Below are positions 18,585 through 23,023 of a stretch of DNA of 23,023 bases, piece after piece. The position numbers and the translations under genes are program-made. Below the pieces are notes generated by a model, which worked only from the letters and a program-made list of their open reading frames with translations, did no database searches and was not told the origin of the DNA. Origin of the DNA: Promethearchaeota archaeon (lineage in GTDB: Archaea; Asgardarchaeota; Lokiarchaeia; Sigyniarchaeales; SOKP01); contig JABXKD010000060.1 in the NCBI GenBank assembly GCA_013375475.1, positions 1 to 23,023 on the forward strand, written 5' to 3'. Position 1 is the first letter of the stretch. Each line of letters begins with the position of its first letter.

Positions 18585-18906
18585 TTATTATGGATACCTC
18601 TACTAAACGATCGCAGAAAATGTCTAAAATCCCCCCAAAAATCGTAGTTCCCTCAAAACGTGCTACAGATCCATCTAATGTATCGATAAAAAAAGAAATG
18701 ATTGTAAAAATAATAGATAATACAATAAATTCGATTAAAAGTTCTTCAAAAACGCCGCTTAGATAGATAAATAACGCGCTTATCAATCCAATCACTAAAC
18801 CTATAATGGTAAGTTGATTTGCAGAAATTCTACTAGATAATACTTTCTTAACAAATCTTTCGTATCCTTCTTTAAATTTCGTTTTAGAAAGCCACTTATC
18901 AATCAT
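18580..18906 (-). pseudogene. 3'-truncated CDP-alcohol phosphatidyltransferase
   Basis: ISANQLT and the complete DxxDGxxAR...G...DxxxD motif (DTLDGSVAR...FGGILDIFCDR). TAG follows after 108 aa, about half the usual length. Confidence 0.75.
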
Positions 18907-18949
18907 GATGTAATTCTTATTAGATAATTACAAATTCTTTTTATGTAAT

Positions 18950-19555
18950 TTAAATTAATATGTCAAATTTTCTTAACTCTTCTCTTAAATCTGTCTCTGG
19001 TTTATTCCATATTGTCTTCATACCAAGTTTTTTAGCTGGCTTTAGATAAAATAACACATCGTCAATAAACAAACTCTCTTCCGGAATGAGGCAAAATCGG
19101 TTAAGTAGTTCTAAATAAATCGCCTTTTCAGGTTTAATTGTCTTTTCGAATCCGGAAATAATTTGACCATCAAACAGCGTGAAAATATTATATTTCTTTT
19201 CAATATATGTATATGCTTCCTTTATATAATTAGATAAAATATATGTTTTATATCCTAAAGCGCGTACGTCTTTTAAAATTTCTATGTTCTTATCAATTGG
19301 AGTTAACATTTCCATCCAGAGATTAAAAAAAAGAGTGAGAAAGTCTTCTTCTTTTGGATATTGAGAGATAAAATCATTCTTAGCATCTTCTATAGAAATT
19401 GTTCCTCTATCCAACTCCATCCATACGGTGCTGCTAAAAATTTTAGGAACAAATTGATCTATGTATTCGACATCGTTGGTAAATCTTAATAGAAATTCAC
19501 TTGGTTGGAACTTAAGCAAGACGTTGCCTAAATCAAAAATAATGTTCTTTATCAT
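18950..19555 (-). CDS. HAD-superfamily phosphatase (YihX-like)
   Basis: Motif I IIFDLGNV, motif II ILSN, motif III KP, motif IV FIDD...A..LGM. Confidence 0.88.
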   Translation of the reverse strand: MIKNIIFDLGNVLLKFQPSEFLLRFTNDVEYIDQFVPKIFSSTVWMELDRGTISIEDAKNDFISQYPKEEDFLTLFFNLWMEMLTPIDKNIEILKDVRALGYKTYILSNYIKEAYTYIEKKYNIFTLFDGQIISGFEKTIKPEKAIYLELLNRFCLIPEESLFIDDVLFYLKPAKKLGMKTIWNKPETDLREELRKFDILI

Positions 19556-19575
19556 CTTACATTATGTAATAAAAC

Positions 19576-19609
19576 GAGAAGGAAAAAAAAGATTAGCTAA
19601 AAAAGAAAA
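19576..19609 (-). terminator. Oligo-T tracts after the flxA-like stop (archaeal-type terminator)
   Basis: Several T runs on the minus strand directly after the stop at 19610. Confidence 0.35.
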
Positions 19610-20449
19610 TTAAAATTCGTTTGGTAATTTTTTTAATTCTGCGAGCGAAAAAACGGGTCCATCGATACAGACATACTTACTTCCGATGTTACATCGGCCA
19701 CATTTTCCGATTCCGCATTTCATTCGCATTTCTAAAGAATTTAGAATAATTTCATCACTCCATCCAATTTTGACTAGCTCATCAACTGCTGTGCGTATCA
19801 TAATTGGTGGACCACAAATAATTGCTACAGCATTATCTGGAGAAGGCGCTACTTCCTTAACTATAGCAGCAACGAATCCAACTTTTCGCTTCCAGCCCTC
19901 TTCTTCGCGATCTATAGTCAATACTACTTTTATATCGTCCCGTTTTTCCCAGTCTTCTAAAACATCTTGATAGAGAACTTCACCTGAATCTCTATTACCA
20001 TAAATGACGGTTAAATCACCGTAATCTTTTCGGTGTTTTCCGTCAAGAACATATAAGATTAACGATCGTAAGGTCGAAAACGCAAAACCTCCGCCTATCA
20101 CGACGATGTTTTTTCCTTTTAACTCTTCCATTGGCCAACCGTTCCCTAACGGACCTCTTATGCCAATAGTATCCCCAATATCGCTTCTGTGAAACATAGA
20201 GGTAACAGTTCCCATTTTTTTAATCGTGAATTTAATTGTTCCCTCTTCAGTAGGAGAAGAAGCGATTCCTATCGGACACTCTCCCTTTCCAATAATGCTA
20301 ATCTCAGCAAATTGTCCGGGGATATAATCGAAATTTTTGTAATCTTCTTCTTTTATAAATTCTAATTCAATAGTTTTAATGTCTTTAACCTTATTTTCTG
20401 AAAAAATAGATTTTACTTTCGTTAGTATTGGAATATATGGGTTAGGCAC
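19610..20449 (-). CDS. flxA: FAD/NAD(P)-binding [2Fe-2S] protein, FlxA / AsrB / hydrogenase-gamma family
   Basis: PGQF, GIRGPLGNG, GGGFA, ICGPPIM, MKCGIGKCGRC...VC.DGPVF. The GTG at 20449 follows GAGGGTGA and overlaps the upstream stop. Confidence 0.8.
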   Translation of the reverse strand: MPNPYIPILTKVKSIFSENKVKDIKTIELEFIKEEDYKNFDYIPGQFAEISIIGKGECPIGIASSPTEEGTIKFTIKKMGTVTSMFHRSDIGDTIGIRGPLGNGWPMEELKGKNIVVIGGGFAFSTLRSLILYVLDGKHRKDYGDLTVIYGNRDSGEVLYQDVLEDWEKRDDIKVVLTIDREEEGWKRKVGFVAAIVKEVAPSPDNAVAIICGPPIMIRTAVDELVKIGWSDEIILNSLEMRMKCGIGKCGRCNIGSKYVCIDGPVFSLAELKKLPNEF

Positions 20450-21494
20450 TCGATTTCTCACCCTCTTCAATTTCGAGTATTTTGTCAATTATTAATCGAA
20501 GTTCGTTATTAACAGGGCAGGCGATAATACATCTCCCGCAACCTACGCACCCTAAGCAATCGTAATTCGAAGGGTAATAGCTAAACTTGTGCATTATCCG
20601 GTTTCTACACCTTTGTATTTTTTCCGGGCGAGGGTTGTGACCGCTCGTTTCAAGGGTATAAAGGCACGATTGACAAGTGTCCCAAATCCTTATACGCCTT
20701 CCTCGGTTATTGTATTCGTCGTTTTCGTCAATAACATCAAAACACGTACAAGTAGGGCACAGAAAAGTACAAGAACTACATCCAATGCAATTTTCGCTAA
20801 TTTCTTGCCAGACGGGATTCTCGAAATTCTCATCCAATACCTTAGTGACTAAATCAAAATCAAACTGGGTTGTAAACGATTCTTCCGCTTTTTTTGCTAA
20901 TTCTTTAGATTTTTCTATATCTGCTTTTTTAGCGTCAGAAAGCCAAGCTAATTTAGAAACAAGGATTTTTCCTTTATCGCTGATTGCTTCTACTAAGTAT
21001 GTATCTCCTAAATCAGATAAGAATACATCTGTACTTTCTTTCTGGAAAGGATGTCCTCCTACAGACGTACAAAAACAGGACTGTCTAGGAGTATTACATC
21101 CGAGTCCGATAATAGTTGCGTTTTCCCTTTTTTTCAAAAACACATCGTCTTGAAAGTCACCGGAACCAAAAAAGTCCTCCAGCAGTTTAAAACTATAGAC
21201 ATCGCAAGGACGAACTCCGAAAATTAGAATCTTGTCCTCCAAGTCTTTTCTTTCCTCGATAATTACGTCTTTCCCTTCGTATTTATATTCAAAAATAGTT
21301 TCTTTCTGTGGAAACAATACATCCTTAGGAGGAACTTTTGAATTAAGAAAGTCTAATTCGATTTCTTCTGCATTAGAAACTTTCTTGAAAGCGATGTTAC
21401 CTTTTTCTTTAGTAGGAGCGTAAAATTTATATTCTTTTTTAAGCTCGTTATATAGCTTATCAATGTCATTTTTATTCAATATTTTTTCTACCAT
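20442..21494 (-). CDS. flxB: 4Fe-4S dicluster protein, FlxB / AsrA-like
   Basis: GVRPCD, C...CFC, CIGCSSCTFLCPTCTCFD, WDTC, HKF, CVGCGRCIIACP. Confidence 0.8.
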   Translation of the reverse strand: MVEKILNKNDIDKLYNELKKEYKFYAPTKEKGNIAFKKVSNAEEIELDFLNSKVPPKDVLFPQKETIFEYKYEGKDVIIEERKDLEDKILIFGVRPCDVYSFKLLEDFFGSGDFQDDVFLKKRENATIIGLGCNTPRQSCFCTSVGGHPFQKESTDVFLSDLGDTYLVEAISDKGKILVSKLAWLSDAKKADIEKSKELAKKAEESFTTQFDFDLVTKVLDENFENPVWQEISENCIGCSSCTFLCPTCTCFDVIDENDEYNNRGRRIRIWDTCQSCLYTLETSGHNPRPEKIQRCRNRIMHKFSYYPSNYDCLGCVGCGRCIIACPVNNELRLIIDKILEIEEGEKSSA

Positions 21495-21510
21495 ATCTTA
21501 ACCACTTCTT

Positions 21511-22530
21511 TTAATCCTCTTCTAGCATAAATTCTTGGGCATCTTCCATCTTGAAATCTACCATGGGTGGTAGCGCGTCCGGATCGAGGCCTGAAGTGAA
21601 ATCGAATCGTTCTTTAACGATTTTTTCTAACTTTCTATTAATAATATTTAAATCAATACCCATAGGGCAAACCAACGAGCATGCACCACACGCAACACAT
21701 CTTCCTGCCATGTGCATTGCCCGAATTAAATGATAGACGATTATATCTGGTAAGTCGGTTGTTTTTCCAAACCAAACCGGTTTATTTTGATCAACAAAAC
21801 AAAGATTACAGTAACACATCGGACAAGCCTCTCTACATGCATAACACCTGGTACACACGCTTAACGCTTCTGAAATGTGTTCCCATTTTTCTTCGGGAGT
21901 TTTCGAATCAAACTCTTCAATATCGGTAAACTCGTCCACAATGTTCGAGTATTCTTCACATTCGCCAACGCATAAATCAGACACTTTAGAAACAAGAGGA
22001 GGTTTTCGAATTTTGCATCCTTTGCATAAATTATTCATGTATTCATCGAATGGAAACTCCTTTTCAAAATTCTTTCCTTTCACAATTATATTATTCCCCG
22101 ATACGGAGACTTCAAGAATTTCTTTCTCTCCGATATCCATCTCAATCCTTTGTCTGTTAACAACTCCGTTACATGGAATTCCAATTATCTTTATCTCGTC
22201 TAAATTAATCTTATTTTCTGAAGCTAGGTGAATTAAGGCTCTTCCTACACAACCTTTAGAAACGACTCCTACCTTTAAGTTGCCTTTTTCGGGATCTACA
22301 AACCTCGGAATCCTGGGTACTAAATACTTAGCTAAATTGACGTAGCACATATTATTCCAAACTAGTTTGTCGACATCCTTTTCATTGTCGATTATAATCG
22401 GTTGGGAGAGCAAGGGTAGAGTCCCTTTTTTATAGCCAATAATCACATCGACTTTTTTTTCCTTCAGTAAGCCTCTCGCGATTTCCCTTAAATTAGTCTC
22501 AATTTCTTTATTTTCTGTCTTAAGTCCCAT
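21511..22530 (-). CDS. flxC: FrhB/FdhB-like 4Fe-4S protein, FlxC-like
   Basis: VDVIIGY, C..NLAKY, KGC, CTRCYACREACPMCYCNLC, RAMHMAGRCVACGACSLVCP. The ATG at 22530 follows GGTGA; an alternative ATG is at 22542. Confidence 0.75.
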   Translation of the reverse strand: MGLKTENKEIETNLREIARGLLKEKKVDVIIGYKKGTLPLLSQPIIIDNEKDVDKLVWNNMCYVNLAKYLVPRIPRFVDPEKGNLKVGVVSKGCVGRALIHLASENKINLDEIKIIGIPCNGVVNRQRIEMDIGEKEILEVSVSGNNIIVKGKNFEKEFPFDEYMNNLCKGCKIRKPPLVSKVSDLCVGECEEYSNIVDEFTDIEEFDSKTPEEKWEHISEALSVCTRCYACREACPMCYCNLCFVDQNKPVWFGKTTDLPDIIVYHLIRAMHMAGRCVACGACSLVCPMGIDLNIINRKLEKIVKERFDFTSGLDPDALPPMVDFKMEDAQEFMLEED

Positions 22531-22535
22531 TATCT

Positions 22536-22991
22536 TCACCATTTCTTTTCAAATTTTTTGTTTGGGCCCAATTTTTTAACAATTTCTGTCGCTTTCCTAA
22601 CAAGAACCGCAAAACGCTCGCCTTCCGCGGCAGAAGCCCACATAAAGTTAACTCTCCCCGGTTCGATGCCGAAAAACTCTAAAAGTTCTTTTAATATCGC
22701 AAATCTCCTTCGAGCAACCAAGTTTCCGCTAATGTAGTGACAATCCCCTGGATGACACCCAGAAATGAGAACCCCATCCCAACCGTCAGTTAAACTTTTT
22801 ATGATAAAATAAGCGTTGATCCTTCCCGAGCACGGAACTCTCACGATCCTAATATTCGGTGGATATTGAATCCTACTCACTCCTGCTAAATCTGCTCCGG
22901 CGTAGGAACACCAATTACACAAAAATGCGATAATTTTTGGCTCCCAATCTTTACTTCCTTCTTTTTTCTTTTTTACAATTTGTTGTGTCAT
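22536..22991 (-). CDS. mvhD: Hydrogenase iron-sulfur subunit MvhD/FlxD ([2Fe-2S])
   Basis: IIAFLCNWCSYAGADLAG, RVPCSGRI, SGCHPGDCHY..GN, WASAAEG. Confidence 0.92.
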   Translation of the reverse strand: MTQQIVKKKKEGSKDWEPKIIAFLCNWCSYAGADLAGVSRIQYPPNIRIVRVPCSGRINAYFIIKSLTDGWDGVLISGCHPGDCHYISGNLVARRRFAILKELLEFFGIEPGRVNFMWASAAEGERFAVLVRKATEIVKKLGPNKKFEKKW

Positions 22992-23023
22992 TTTATTCCC
23001 TTTTTGTTATCATTGAATGTAAT

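Noticed and set aside
890-22231. Short overlapping or antisense ORFs in the track (e.g. 890-1093, 7929-8306, 20677-21153, 21875-22231)
   Set aside because: They lie within well-supported genes and have no recognisable motifs.
22536-22991. Selenoprotein VhuD/MvhD (known in Lokiarchaeota)
   Set aside because: The ORF has no internal TGA and the cluster ligands are Cys. Bcp likewise has Cys.
1-23023. CRISPR array, tRNA/rRNA, transposase or integrase
   Set aside because: I saw no regularly spaced repeats, cloverleaf motifs or recombinase motifs.

Overview
AT-rich (roughly one-third GC by eye), gene-dense window that looks archaeal and anaerobic, most likely Asgard/Lokiarchaeia-type. This is inferred from Fae, MvhD/Flx-type Fe-S genes, a CDP-alcohol phosphatidyltransferase, T-tract terminators and GGAGG/GGTGA ribosome sites. 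Left part (1-7.6 kb): the 3' end of a phytoene-desaturase-like (COG1233) FAD oxidoreductase, two tandem membrane-anchored paralogues, and an orphan second copy of the desaturase's last 28 codons. It also has a second COG1233 enzyme fused to a GltD/DPD-type 2x[4Fe-4S]/FAD module that lacks its NADPH domain, a membrane protein and a GT87 glycosyltransferase. Middle: UDP-glucose dehydrogenase, a two-gene operon (427-aa unknown plus a DapA-family aldolase fused to formaldehyde-activating enzyme), acyltransferase-3, a membrane protein, bcp, nitroreductase, YyaL/SSP411 and a cupin. Right: a junction joining two truncated genes out of frame, a HAD phosphatase and an flxDCBA-like (MvhD, Fe-S, Fe-S, FAD/NAD) operon. 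I see no tRNA, rRNA, CRISPR array or transposase. The best candidates for new biology are the aldolase-Fae fusion operon (possible pyruvate/formaldehyde aldolase coupled to H4MPT) and the desaturase-GltD fusion.
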